This document shows positions 9,068 through 17,558 of a stretch of 32,000 bases of DNA, one piece after another. The notes below the pieces were generated by a model. It was not told the DNA's origin, searched no databases, and worked only from the letters and a program-made list of their open reading frames with translations. The stretch lies in NCBI RefSeq assembly GCF_049243625.1, contig NZ_CP046975.1. One strand, 5' to 3'. Position 1 is the stretch's first letter, and every line of letters begins with the position of its first letter. Source of the stretch: Corynebacterium amycolatum (GTDB lineage Bacteria; Actinomycetota; Actinomycetes; Mycobacteriales; Mycobacteriaceae). A program made the translations under genes and the position numbers.

Positions 9068-9556
9068 CTAGCAATACGCCTTTTTAGCGGAGCTTGCAAT
9101 AGTCTTCGCCACTTCTTCAGCGCTTTCCTGCGAGCGCCCCTGTGCGACCAGCTGTCCGGCAATCGCCAGCGCGATGACCTGACGCTCCTCCTCCGGTGCG
9201 TCTGCGCATGCCGCGCGACCTGTGCCGATGAGCTGATCCTCCACCCCACCGACATCGATTCCCGCTTTTTCCAGCGCTTCGAGGTATGAATCGTCCGCCT
9301 CGCTGAGCTTCATCTGTCCATCGGGCGCTTCGTCCACGCGCTTAGCTTGGGGATCTGTGATCTCCGGCGCAGACTTTTCGCTCGACTTCGGCGCAGAAGT
9401 CTTCATGCTTGACGACGTCGTGGAGGTCTTCGTAGTCGTCGACGAGGTGACCTCCGAAGACTCCACTGTGGAACTGCCACAGGCGGCCACTCCGAAGGTC
9501 AGCAGCGCAACAGCTGTGGTTGTAGCCAGTGTCCGGAAGGACTTGTTCATGGACAT
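9068..9556 (-). CDS. lipoprotein with S/T-rich linker and DUF732-like C-terminal domain
   Basis: Signal peptide plus lipobox (LLTFGVAAC), then an S/T tract (SSTVESSEVTSSTTTKTSTTSSS). The C-terminus, DDSYLEALEKAGIDVGG..LIGTGRAACAD...AKKAYC, has the paired Cys typical of DUF732. AAGGGA RBS 7 nt upstream of the ATG. Confidence 0.7.
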   Translation of the reverse strand: MSMNKSFRTLATTTAVALLTFGVAACGSSTVESSEVTSSTTTKTSTTSSSMKTSAPKSSEKSAPEITDPQAKRVDEAPDGQMKLSEADDSYLEALEKAGIDVGGVEDQLIGTGRAACADAPEEERQVIALAIAGQLVAQGRSQESAEEVAKTIASSAKKAYC

Positions 9557-9593
9557 TTGTCTATCCCTTATTCAGTGCCCTGCTTTGGTTAGC

Positions 9594-11705
9594 TTACTTG
9601 TCATCACCGTTGTCGGCGGCTGGGGCTGGCGCTTCTGGCTTATTGCGCTCTTCAACAATCTTGCCGTTGAGCTGGCGAATCCAGCCACCCTCGAACTGCT
9701 GTTCAAGACCGCCGGCCTTGACTGGCTGCAGTGGGCCGACCGGGTAACCGAACGGGCCATTTTCGTAGCCAGTGCTGCCCCAGTGGTCAGTGATGTCGTT
9801 GGAGCGCACCGGCTGCGCACCAGTTTCCGGAGTCCAGTAAATGGCACCGTGCTCAAAGCGCTGGAAAGCGCCGCGAGCGAGCTTGACCTCGTCGCCGTCG
9901 ATAGGCAGACCCAAATCGGACTCGGCGCCACCGAGCTCCTTGTAGACACGGCCGATTTCACCACGCACGATGCGAGGTTCTTCGCCGCCGATCTTGACGA
10001 TGGTGCCACCCTGGAAGTCCTGGGCGACACCGCCCGGAATATCGCGGTGGTTGGCGACTGGGTAGCCCAGCGGACCGGTCTCGAAGCCGGCCTTGCCCCA
10101 GGCGTTCATAATGTCGCCGGTGACTTCGTGGGCTCCGCCTTCCGGAGTCCAGTAAATCGAGCCCTTTTCGAAGTGGACGAACCGTCCCGAGCCATCCGGC
10201 GTAGCCAATTCGTTGGTCACTGGGTAGCCGAGCGGCGAGGAGGGACCGCCGAGCTCGTTGTAACGCGAACCGATGCGCCCCCAGACCACATGTGCCCCGG
10301 AATCCGGGTGCCAGTAGGCAGTACCGCCGGTGAAGTCCTGAGCCACGCCATTCTTGGCGACACCATACTCATCCGACAGGCAGGTGCCGATTCCCGGCAG
10401 CGATGCGACGGCCTTTTCAATCTCGCCGCCTACACGGCAGACCGCGCCACGATCGGACTCCGGCAACTGGAGTGCATCGGCCAGCGTTGGCCAGGCCTGA
10501 CTGACCTCGAATTGCCAGTACGGCCAGGTGTGAGTACCCGAGCTCCGGAAGTTCACAACCGGCTCGACGCCCTTTTCACGAGCATTCCGGATGAAGGTCT
10601 CACTGGTCATGCGGGAAAGCACTTCCAATGCGTAACCGGTCGGATTGTCCGGCTTCGTCGGATCAATCTGCGACGGCACGTCCCACTCACCGGTGTTGCC
10701 GTTACCCGCCGAGATGTACAGCGACATGCCCTTGAGCTTGTCGATGTTCAGCTTCGGATCATTGTCCTTCCAACGCTGCGAACCGAGCGGGCCCCACATC
10801 TTCGTCGCGTCATAGCCACCGGTGTTCTTCATCGCCAGAGCGATTGCCTGCGGCATGCCCGGCGAAGTCATGTCTAGGTAACCTGAGAGGCTACCGGCAA
10901 ACTTCCACAGCTCCGGCGAGTGTGCTGCGACGTTGTAAGCACCGGTAGCTCCCATGGAGATACCGATAATGCCGCGTTCATCGTTGCCGCGGAAGCCGTT
11001 GGTGATAACCGGCACGAGCTCCTTAGTAATGAAGCTCTCCCACTTGTAGTTCTGACCGTTATCCGGCTGATCCCAGTCAGAGTAGAAGGACGATGTACCG
11101 CCGGCGGGCATAACCACCAGGACATTCTTGTCCTCGTAGAAGCGCTCGATATTAGTAGCGCGGATCCAACCGGAGTAGTCATCAAACGATGCCATACCGT
11201 CAAGGTGGTAGACGCTCGGGAATGTGCGCTCCTTGTCGCGGTACCAATCGCGCGGCAGCAAAATCTCAACCTGAATTGGCTTCTCCGGCATGGCAGCCGA
11301 GCGAATGTGCGCAATGACGTGGTGATCTGTGTACCACTCGACTTTGTCTACGCTGACTCCGCTGGGCAGGTTCGCCACTGCGGGAGTATCGACTTTAAAT
11401 GGCGTACGCTCCGGCCCTGGCATCGGCTTCGGCATACCCAGGCCAGGTAGCTGCGCACCAGCAGCTTGCGCTGCTTCAGCGGCCTTAGCAAGGTCTCCCA
11501 GGTCTCCAGATTGAGCCAACTGCCCCTGAACGGCCTGAAGTTCCTCGTAGCTAGGCAGACCTGGCTGAGCTGGCTCGGGAGCCGCCACTGCAGCAGGGGC
11601 ACCGAGAGCGAGAGTCAACGGTAGTGCCAAAAGTGCGGTCAACGCCCGCGATGACTTCCGGCTGTTGCCGAGGCCACCACGGAGGAATCTAGCGGTTACG
11701 CGCAT
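9594..11705 (-). CDS. PS1-like (cop1/csp1-type) trehalose corynomycolyl transferase with C-terminal LGFP repeats
   Basis: Start at ATG 11705 (AAGGGA RBS) gives the signal peptide MRVTARFLRGG...LALGAPAAVAAP. The esterase-D/antigen-85 fold carries GISMGATGAY (Ser), YALEVLS (Glu) and SGTHTWPYW (His). Roughly five LGFP-type repeats follow (LGYPVTNE.., LGYPVANH.., FGYPVGPL..). Confidence 0.85.
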   Translation of the reverse strand: MRVTARFLRGGLGNSRKSSRALTALLALPLTLALGAPAAVAAPEPAQPGLPSYEELQAVQGQLAQSGDLGDLAKAAEAAQAAGAQLPGLGMPKPMPGPERTPFKVDTPAVANLPSGVSVDKVEWYTDHHVIAHIRSAAMPEKPIQVEILLPRDWYRDKERTFPSVYHLDGMASFDDYSGWIRATNIERFYEDKNVLVVMPAGGTSSFYSDWDQPDNGQNYKWESFITKELVPVITNGFRGNDERGIIGISMGATGAYNVAAHSPELWKFAGSLSGYLDMTSPGMPQAIALAMKNTGGYDATKMWGPLGSQRWKDNDPKLNIDKLKGMSLYISAGNGNTGEWDVPSQIDPTKPDNPTGYALEVLSRMTSETFIRNAREKGVEPVVNFRSSGTHTWPYWQFEVSQAWPTLADALQLPESDRGAVCRVGGEIEKAVASLPGIGTCLSDEYGVAKNGVAQDFTGGTAYWHPDSGAHVVWGRIGSRYNELGGPSSPLGYPVTNELATPDGSGRFVHFEKGSIYWTPEGGAHEVTGDIMNAWGKAGFETGPLGYPVANHRDIPGGVAQDFQGGTIVKIGGEEPRIVRGEIGRVYKELGGAESDLGLPIDGDEVKLARGAFQRFEHGAIYWTPETGAQPVRSNDITDHWGSTGYENGPFGYPVGPLQPVKAGGLEQQFEGGWIRQLNGKIVEERNKPEAPAPAADNGDDK

Positions 11706-12063
11706 AAGAGGGCTTCCCTTTACAAAGTCGCTGGTTGAAATTATTTGAGACATTGAGTGTTGCACCGGCGCCGATTAGGCACCTGCAGATAGCATCACGC
11801 GGCGCTAGAGCTATGCGTTTACCGTTCGGCTTCGCAGAATTACATAGTGACCAGCAACGTATCCGAAGGTTCCCCTCCTCCGGCGTGCCGCTGCAAGAAG
11901 AATCTCACACACGTTCTGCGAAACAAACGGTATAGCTACCTGAATAGCTTCACCCTTTACTTTAAGGTTCGACTCTCATGTTTACCCTCTTACGGGTAAA
12001 AACCGTGGAGACACACGCAAAAGGAACTGAATTCACGTTATAGCAGCATGAAATTTCTGCCGT

Positions 12064-12104
12064 ACAAAAAAAGACCAACCCCGAGTACGGGATTGGTCTT
12101 TTCT
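12064..12104 (-). terminator. rho-independent terminator downstream of the 12157 mycolyltransferase gene
   Basis: On the minus strand, AAGACCAATCCC-gtact-CGGGGTTGGTCTT is followed by TTTTTTTG. The single mismatch seen on the plus strand becomes a G-U pair on the minus-strand RNA. Confidence 0.75.
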
Positions 12105-12156
12105 CATAACTGGCGCCTACCGAGGGGCTCACTGTGAGGAAATCTCACAAGACAGC

Positions 12157-13200
12157 TTAAACCCCAAGTGCTCCGAGAATATATGGGCGAGCCAGTGCCG
12201 CGTCACGTCCCCACAGCTCCCACGAGTGGATACCGTTCGGACTGTAGACAAACTGCGCATTGAGACCGGCAGCGCGAGCGTCCCGCTCGAATCGCTGCGT
12301 CGAAGCACGGGAGACGGACTCCATTACGGCACGCCAGACAGTGTCAGGGAGCTGCGGCACCGGACGGCTCAAAACCTCCGGGTCACTCCACAGGCTCTGA
12401 ACACCCTGGGCGGAGGACACATACATCGGCAGCCCCTGGAGCTGATCGAGCAGCATCGAAGGGTCATGGGCCTGGCGTTCCGCCGAAGCCGGAACCGGAA
12501 GACCCCACATACCAGTGGGATTCACAACACCAGTGCCGGCCACCATTGCAGTGGTACCCGTAGCAACTATCGGGTTGGACATCTGGTAGTAACCGGACAG
12601 CGAAGTGACCTGCTTGAACTGGTCACGGTGACGAGCCGCCAGCGCCACTGCTGCGGCTGCACCCATAGACAAACCAGCAATCGCGTTGCGGTTTGGATTG
12701 ACGCCGAACTCACGCTGCAAATAAACCGGCAGTTCCTGAGTCAGGAAGGTTTCCCACTTCTGGTTCTTGACCCCTTCGGAAGTCACTGCCGGAACGTTCC
12801 AGTCAGTATAGAAGGAGCCATCGCCAGCAGCCGGCGCAACCAGAGTGATGTTGTCATTGGCAAAAGTCTGAGCAATATGACCCGACCAAATCCAACCGGA
12901 CGCACCCTTATTAAAGCCCCACAGACCGTCGAGCATATACAGGGAGGCATCGCCGCCACCAGTAGCCGCCTTAATCTGAACCGGAATATTGCGGTTCATA
13001 GCCGGCGAGAAAACCTGGCAGTACTGAACCCACCAGTTGTAGGGATCCCACTCACAGCCTGGGCGCAGTCGATCACGGTTTGGATCAGCACTCGCATCCT
13101 TCGCGGATGCGAGCATGATGCCGCCAAAGACCATTGCAACCGCCACGAGGGCAGCTACGACCTTCACCGTGAAGTTACGACTCACTGCAGTAAAGCTCAT
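12157..13200 (-). CDS. mycolyltransferase (antigen 85 / Cmt family)
   Basis: ATG 13200 is preceded by a strong GAGGAG RBS; the 13314 start in the track is an extension. Signal peptide MSFTAVSRNFTVKVVAALVAVAMVFGG, then RPGCEWDPYNWWVQYC, GLSMGAAAA (Ser), VMESVS (Glu) and NGIHSWELW (His). Confidence 0.85.
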   Translation of the reverse strand: MSFTAVSRNFTVKVVAALVAVAMVFGGIMLASAKDASADPNRDRLRPGCEWDPYNWWVQYCQVFSPAMNRNIPVQIKAATGGGDASLYMLDGLWGFNKGASGWIWSGHIAQTFANDNITLVAPAAGDGSFYTDWNVPAVTSEGVKNQKWETFLTQELPVYLQREFGVNPNRNAIAGLSMGAAAAVALAARHRDQFKQVTSLSGYYQMSNPIVATGTTAMVAGTGVVNPTGMWGLPVPASAERQAHDPSMLLDQLQGLPMYVSSAQGVQSLWSDPEVLSRPVPQLPDTVWRAVMESVSRASTQRFERDARAAGLNAQFVYSPNGIHSWELWGRDAALARPYILGALGV

Positions 13201-13448
13201 CGTTCTCCTCTTTACTTTCGGATTTACCTCCGCGCCAGACTTCTCGGAGGCAGTCGCTTGCGCGAGCTTTCGCTTTTCTGCTTCCAGTTGTGACGCGACA
13301 ACTGGAGACTCCACAAAAGAATCTCGAGTATGTAACGATACTCAATCGTTTCCCTACAACCAAGTTAAAATCGTAACCATTCCGTAATATTTCTCACATT
13401 TCCCGGCAAAACTATCTACCACAAGGAGAAACACTGTTTACCAGCGAG

Positions 13449-13468
13449 GAATTACAGAATTGTAATTC
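13449..13468. promoter_or_regulatory. AT-rich perfect palindrome GAATTACA-GAAT-TGTAATTC (candidate operator)
   Basis: 8-bp perfect arms with a 4-nt spacer. It lies about 250 nt upstream of the 13200 mycolyltransferase start and downstream of the ubiA terminator. No cognate regulator identified. Confidence 0.3.
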
Positions 13469-13556
13469 TGCCCCCGACCGCCCCGTAGGACTGACTGAGA
13501 CATCTAAAACACGCCTACAAGAACCCCAAACACATCCTAAGTACTAACGAGGTACA

Positions 13557-13592
13557 GAAAAGCCCATGCACCCCTCGATGCATGGGCTTTCA
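13557..13592 (-). terminator. rho-independent terminator of the glfT-PAP2-ubiA transcription unit
   Basis: 12-bp stem AAAGCCCATGCA / TGCATGGGCTTT with an 8-nt loop, followed on the minus strand by a TTTTCTGT tail. Confidence 0.7.
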
Positions 13593-13606
13593 GCTACCAA
13601 CCGAAC

Positions 13607-13642
13607 CCGACGAGAAACCGACGAGAAACCGACGAGAAACCG
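13607..13642. repeat. 11-bp tandem repeat (CCGACGAGAAA) x3 plus a partial copy
   Basis: Three perfect head-to-tail copies at 13607-13639 with a partial CCG after them. They lie between the ubiA stop (13673) and its terminator. Confidence 0.9.
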
Positions 13643-13672
13643 CAGTTCGCTTAATGGGAAAAGAACAAGGAA

Positions 13673-14725
13673 CTACCCCAGAGCTGGAACAGCGTAGACA
13701 GCGATGGCAATGGACAGCAGCCACAGGACGGCCAGTGCCTGCAGCGGACGGTCCTTGAGCGCAATCTCATCCGGGCTTCCCGCATCACCACGGTCAACGT
13801 CGGCTGCGAAGCGCAGGATGGCCACAGTGAATGGAACCATCGAAATCTCGTACCAAATAGCCGAAGTGGACGAAGTGCCCGGTGCGCGGCCCATCTCGAA
13901 GCCCCACAGCGCGTAGCTCAGTACCACGGCGGTCGCAGCGAGGGTCCACACAAAGCGCAGGTAAGTCGCGGTGTAACCCTGCAACGACTTACGAATCTTC
14001 TTACCTGTACGCTCCGCCAACAGCAGCTCAGCGTAACGCTTACCGGCTGCCATGAACAGCGAACCAAAGGCGGCAACCAGCAAGAACCACTGGGACAGGT
14101 TGATGTTGGCAGCAACACCGCCGGCCATTGCACGCAGCATGAAACCCGAGGACACCAGCGCAATATCAATCACCGGCTGATGCTTCAGACCAAAGCAGTA
14201 ACCGAGCTGCAGCGCAATGTATACAGCCACAACAATTGCTAGCCCCGGCCCCTCAGAGGCAAACCAGGACACCGCAATCGAACCAATAATCAGTGCGACC
14301 GCCATAATGTACGCCATGCTCACCGGCAGTACGCCAGCGGCAATTGGGCGGAAGCGCTTGGTTGGGTGCGCACGGTCAGCCTCGACATCGCGGGCATCAT
14401 TAATCAGGTAAATCGACGATGCTGCCAAACAGAAGGCCACGAACGCCACCAGGCTGTCGACGGACAGCGTGCCGATCGAACGTCCCGAGTCCATGATCTC
14501 GTTGCCGGCTGCCAGTGGAGCCGCAATGACCAGGACATTCTTCACCCACTGCTTCGGGCGAAGCGCCTTGATCATGCCGTCCAGCAGATTCTTCGGCGGA
14601 TGCCCCTGCGGGTGCGCAGGCTCATCGATACCGGAAGTGTGCGGCTCAGACCCAATCCTTGATTGAGAAGCTTGCCGCTGGTTGGCCGACACATTGGCCA
14701 AGTTGTCGTTCTCCGCCTGTGTCAC
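13673..14725 (-). CDS. ubiA: decaprenyl-phosphate phosphoribosyltransferase (DPPR synthase, UbiA family; Rv3806c-like)
   Basis: 350 aa, polytopic. The KALRPKQWVKNVLVIAAPLAAG and NDARDVEADRAHPTKRFRPIA motifs fit a UbiA prenyltransferase fold. Position upstream of PAP2/glfT matches mycobacteria. GTG start overlaps the PAP2 stop (GTGA). Confidence 0.9.
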   Translation of the reverse strand: MTQAENDNLANVSANQRQASQSRIGSEPHTSGIDEPAHPQGHPPKNLLDGMIKALRPKQWVKNVLVIAAPLAAGNEIMDSGRSIGTLSVDSLVAFVAFCLAASSIYLINDARDVEADRAHPTKRFRPIAAGVLPVSMAYIMAVALIIGSIAVSWFASEGPGLAIVVAVYIALQLGYCFGLKHQPVIDIALVSSGFMLRAMAGGVAANINLSQWFLLVAAFGSLFMAAGKRYAELLLAERTGKKIRKSLQGYTATYLRFVWTLAATAVVLSYALWGFEMGRAPGTSSTSAIWYEISMVPFTVAILRFAADVDRGDAGSPDEIALKDRPLQALAVLWLLSIAIAVYAVPALG

Positions 14726-15312
14726 TGTGCATTCCTTTCCGCAATGGAGGGCTGTCCACCCTGGTTATGCTGCGCGTTTTTCGGCTCGATGACCTTATCA
14801 CCTATCTTGTCCACCGCAAGAGCAGTGGCTGTACCCAGCGCCGCTCCGAGAGCAACATCCGTCGGGTAATGCACTCCCAACACCAGGCGAGAGAGCATAA
14901 TCGCCGGCACCCCCACGGCCGGTGCTGCCGGGTAACCCAACTTGGCAATCCCCACCAGCGCCGCCGTCGTCGACGTCGCGTGCGAGGACGGGAAACTCAG
15001 CTTGCTCGGTGTACCAACGCCGATTGCTATACGACGGTCATGGGGACGCGGGCGACGGACAATGCGCTTAAGCACCACCGATGCCGCATGCGAGGTAAAG
15101 GCGGCCACACCGACCTTTGCCCAGCCAATGCGTCGCTCCTTATCCACCGCCGCCCCGAGAGCAGCGAGCCCCATCCATCCAAGGGCGTGCTCACCGAAAT
15201 AGCTCATGGCACGTGCGGTGGGCAGCACCCCCGGGACGTCGTTAAGCGTGTGCTGAATATTAACGAGAACGTCGGACTCGCCGAACGGATCGCCTTTAAT
15301 TTTCGAAGACAT
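14722..15312 (-). CDS. PAP2-family phosphatase (decaprenylphosphoryl-5-phosphoribose phosphatase, Rv3807c-like)
   Basis: 196 aa with PAP2 motifs KRIVRRPRP, SFPSSH and LGVHYPTDV. It lies between glfT and ubiA as in M. tuberculosis. Confidence 0.85.
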   Translation of the reverse strand: MSSKIKGDPFGESDVLVNIQHTLNDVPGVLPTARAMSYFGEHALGWMGLAALGAAVDKERRIGWAKVGVAAFTSHAASVVLKRIVRRPRPHDRRIAIGVGTPSKLSFPSSHATSTTAALVGIAKLGYPAAPAVGVPAIMLSRLVLGVHYPTDVALGAALGTATALAVDKIGDKVIEPKNAQHNQGGQPSIAERNAQ

Positions 15313-17356
15313 TCGCCCAGGCCTTCCTACTGGTCAGATGGTCATAGGCTGCGCGGTAGCGTGCCTTCATTTGCTCAAAACGCTCCTCAACCTGCTTTTG
15401 CAGCTCCCAGGATTCTTCCAGCAGAGCCTTGGCCTTGTCGCGGTCACGCTGGCGATACACCACGCCACGGCCGTCAGCGGTAGTAACGGTGGCACCGTCC
15501 AAGCGAGACAGGGAGAACCAACGAGCCTCCAGCGGCGCCAGGTTCGCCTGCGGCACATCGTGGTGCTCGGAGTTTTCCGGGCGCACGCTGTGCAGCAGCC
15601 CCTTGGCCAGCCAACCGACCTTCTTCAGCTTGCCCAGACGACCACCGACATCCTTTGTCGGAACCCCCGGAATACCGGAGGGCTTTGGCAGATCACCTGC
15701 ACTCGGCAGCACAACCGCGTCGGGGAAGCTCTTGCGCAGGGCATTGATGCGCGGCAGCGAAGATTCGAGAATGTCGAACAGATGCTCCGGGCCTGCCAGG
15801 AAGTCCTTCATGGCTTCGTTTTGGATGGCAACAGTGGAGTACTCCAGGCACAGGAGGTGCTTGAACGTGGCCTTGCGCATGGAACGCACGATGCCGGCAG
15901 CATCGCCCTCGTGCTGAAGAGCCGCGACAATCAAGCGGTTGCGCAGGTGGAAGTACGCCTGCCAATCAATCGCATCGTCCTTGTCCGACCAGGCCATATG
16001 CCAAATTGCAACGCCCGGCCACGTGGCCGTCGGAAAGCCTGCCTTGCCTGCGCGCAAACCGTATTCGGCATCGTCCCACTTAATAAACAGTGGCAGCGGC
16101 TGACCAATCGTCTCAGCAGCGACGCGCGGAATCAGGCACATCCACCAGCCGTTGAACTCAACATCGATGCGGCGGTGAAGATCCTTCGAATCGACGACTT
16201 CACCGGTGGCGTTAGTGCCGTGCTCCCCGCGATCACGCAGTGGGTGAGCATAAAAGTCGTGGTCATAGTGGACGTGCGGAGCCGAGGTCCACATGAAGTC
16301 ATGCCGACCGATGACTTCACCCATCGAGTGCAAGTGGCTGCGCTCCTGCAGATTCAGCATCTGACCACCAACGAGCATCGGGGATTTCGCGAACCGGCCG
16401 ACAGCGACCGCGCGCAGGATGGAATCCGGCTCGATGGCGATGTCGTCATCCATGTACAGAATGAACGGGCTGTCGGTAGCACGCTTCGAATCCGAATCCG
16501 GACCACCCAGGGCCTCGTACATAATGCGGGAGTACCCGCCAGAACCACCGAGATTTCCCTGCGGGAAGATACGCAGGCGGTCACCGAAGTGCTCGGCTAC
16601 AGTATCGAAGCCCGGCTCGTCCGCCGGGTGCTTAGTGCCCTGGTCAGGCATCAAAACAGCATCGATGATGGCATCGACTTCCGGATCCGAGGACAGCGCC
16701 TCGAGAGCAGCAACTGCATCGGTCGGGCGATTGAACGTCGGGATACCGATAGTGACGCGTCCCTCCGGCGCCGGGTGCTCCGTGCCGTCCGGGTACGTCT
16801 GGCTCGGCGCCTCGATATCGGAGTACCAACCTGCGGAGTGGATTACCACGTCCGTCTCACAGGTGAGGTCGAACCAAATCCAGCCGCCGTCTTCAAATTG
16901 CGTCAGCGGTACTGGGATTTCGCAAACATGCACATCCTTGCCGTCCACCTTGGCTTCTGCGCCTTCAGCAGCAGCGCCCAGGTCACCGACAATTTCGCCG
17001 GTCACGGCGATACGCGCACCGTCAATCTTCGAACGGTAGATGTCCACGCGCGCGGTACCGGACAGCTCCAGGCGCAGGACAACATTGTCCAGATTCGTCC
17101 ACCGGCGCCAGTAGCTGGCCGGAAACGCATTGAAATAGGTTTCAAAACTAACTTCATCACCCGCCGGAATGGTGGCTGACGTGCGCGAATGCGCTTGCAC
17201 ACGACCGGCATTAGTCTCCGGCTCAACCAAGTAGAGCGAGCGGACATCACGCGGCTCACCCAATTTTGGCAGCAGAATCCGCTGCAGGCGTTCAACGGCA
17301 AGGCTTGACGACGTTGTCGGGGTATGTGTCCGCTTTTGTTCAGGCTGTGATGCCAT
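15296..17356 (-). CDS. glfT: galactofuranosyltransferase GlfT2 (GT2 family)
   Basis: About 686 aa. Motifs TIGIPTFNRP, YMDDDI, AEYGLRA and the length fit GlfT2 (Rv3808c). ATG 17356 is preferred over the in-frame TTG at 17368. The 3' end overlaps the PAP2 start by 17 nt. Confidence 0.9.
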   Translation of the reverse strand: MASQPEQKRTHTPTTSSSLAVERLQRILLPKLGEPRDVRSLYLVEPETNAGRVQAHSRTSATIPAGDEVSFETYFNAFPASYWRRWTNLDNVVLRLELSGTARVDIYRSKIDGARIAVTGEIVGDLGAAAEGAEAKVDGKDVHVCEIPVPLTQFEDGGWIWFDLTCETDVVIHSAGWYSDIEAPSQTYPDGTEHPAPEGRVTIGIPTFNRPTDAVAALEALSSDPEVDAIIDAVLMPDQGTKHPADEPGFDTVAEHFGDRLRIFPQGNLGGSGGYSRIMYEALGGPDSDSKRATDSPFILYMDDDIAIEPDSILRAVAVGRFAKSPMLVGGQMLNLQERSHLHSMGEVIGRHDFMWTSAPHVHYDHDFYAHPLRDRGEHGTNATGEVVDSKDLHRRIDVEFNGWWMCLIPRVAAETIGQPLPLFIKWDDAEYGLRAGKAGFPTATWPGVAIWHMAWSDKDDAIDWQAYFHLRNRLIVAALQHEGDAAGIVRSMRKATFKHLLCLEYSTVAIQNEAMKDFLAGPEHLFDILESSLPRINALRKSFPDAVVLPSAGDLPKPSGIPGVPTKDVGGRLGKLKKVGWLAKGLLHSVRPENSEHHDVPQANLAPLEARWFSLSRLDGATVTTADGRGVVYRQRDRDKAKALLEESWELQKQVEERFEQMKARYRAAYDHLTSRKAWANVFEN

Positions 17357-17558
17357 GAGACGTATCAACCACTTTCCGAAAGGTCTACCGGGGGGGGTGT
17401 AGCCGCCGATAAGTTACCGACGTTTCTATCTCATAGCATCCTAGTGCCCGTGGCGGATTGCCTCTTGTTGCCACGCTAGCGACAGGCCAGAATGTGAAAG
17501 CCCCTACGCGCTGCGGACTATCTGCTGTGCATAGGGACTTTTCGTTCAGGTTCTAGTT

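Noticed and set aside
12134-12150. Palindrome TGTGAG-GAAAT-CTCACA, resembling a CRP/GlxR site. Similar TCTCACA words occur near 11902 and 13392.
   Set aside because: The spacing between TGTGA and TCACA is 7 nt, not the canonical 6. The site sits between a stop codon and that gene's terminator, not in a promoter. The other occurrences are half-sites only.
13607-13642. Whether the direct repeats could be a mini CRISPR array.
   Set aside because: The units are 11 bp, directly abutting with no spacers, and no cas genes are nearby. It is a simple tandem repeat.
15338-17179. 613-aa ORF on the plus strand, antisense to glfT. Similar long antisense ORFs are 9357..10877 (506 aa), 19656..20918 (420 aa), 22714..23838 (374 aa), 12226..13293 (355 aa) and 694..1695 (333 aa).
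   Set aside because: Each lies entirely opposite a gene with clear family motifs. Their translations are Arg/Ala/Gly/Val-rich low-information sequence with no motifs. These are the usual stop-poor antisense frames of high-GC DNA.
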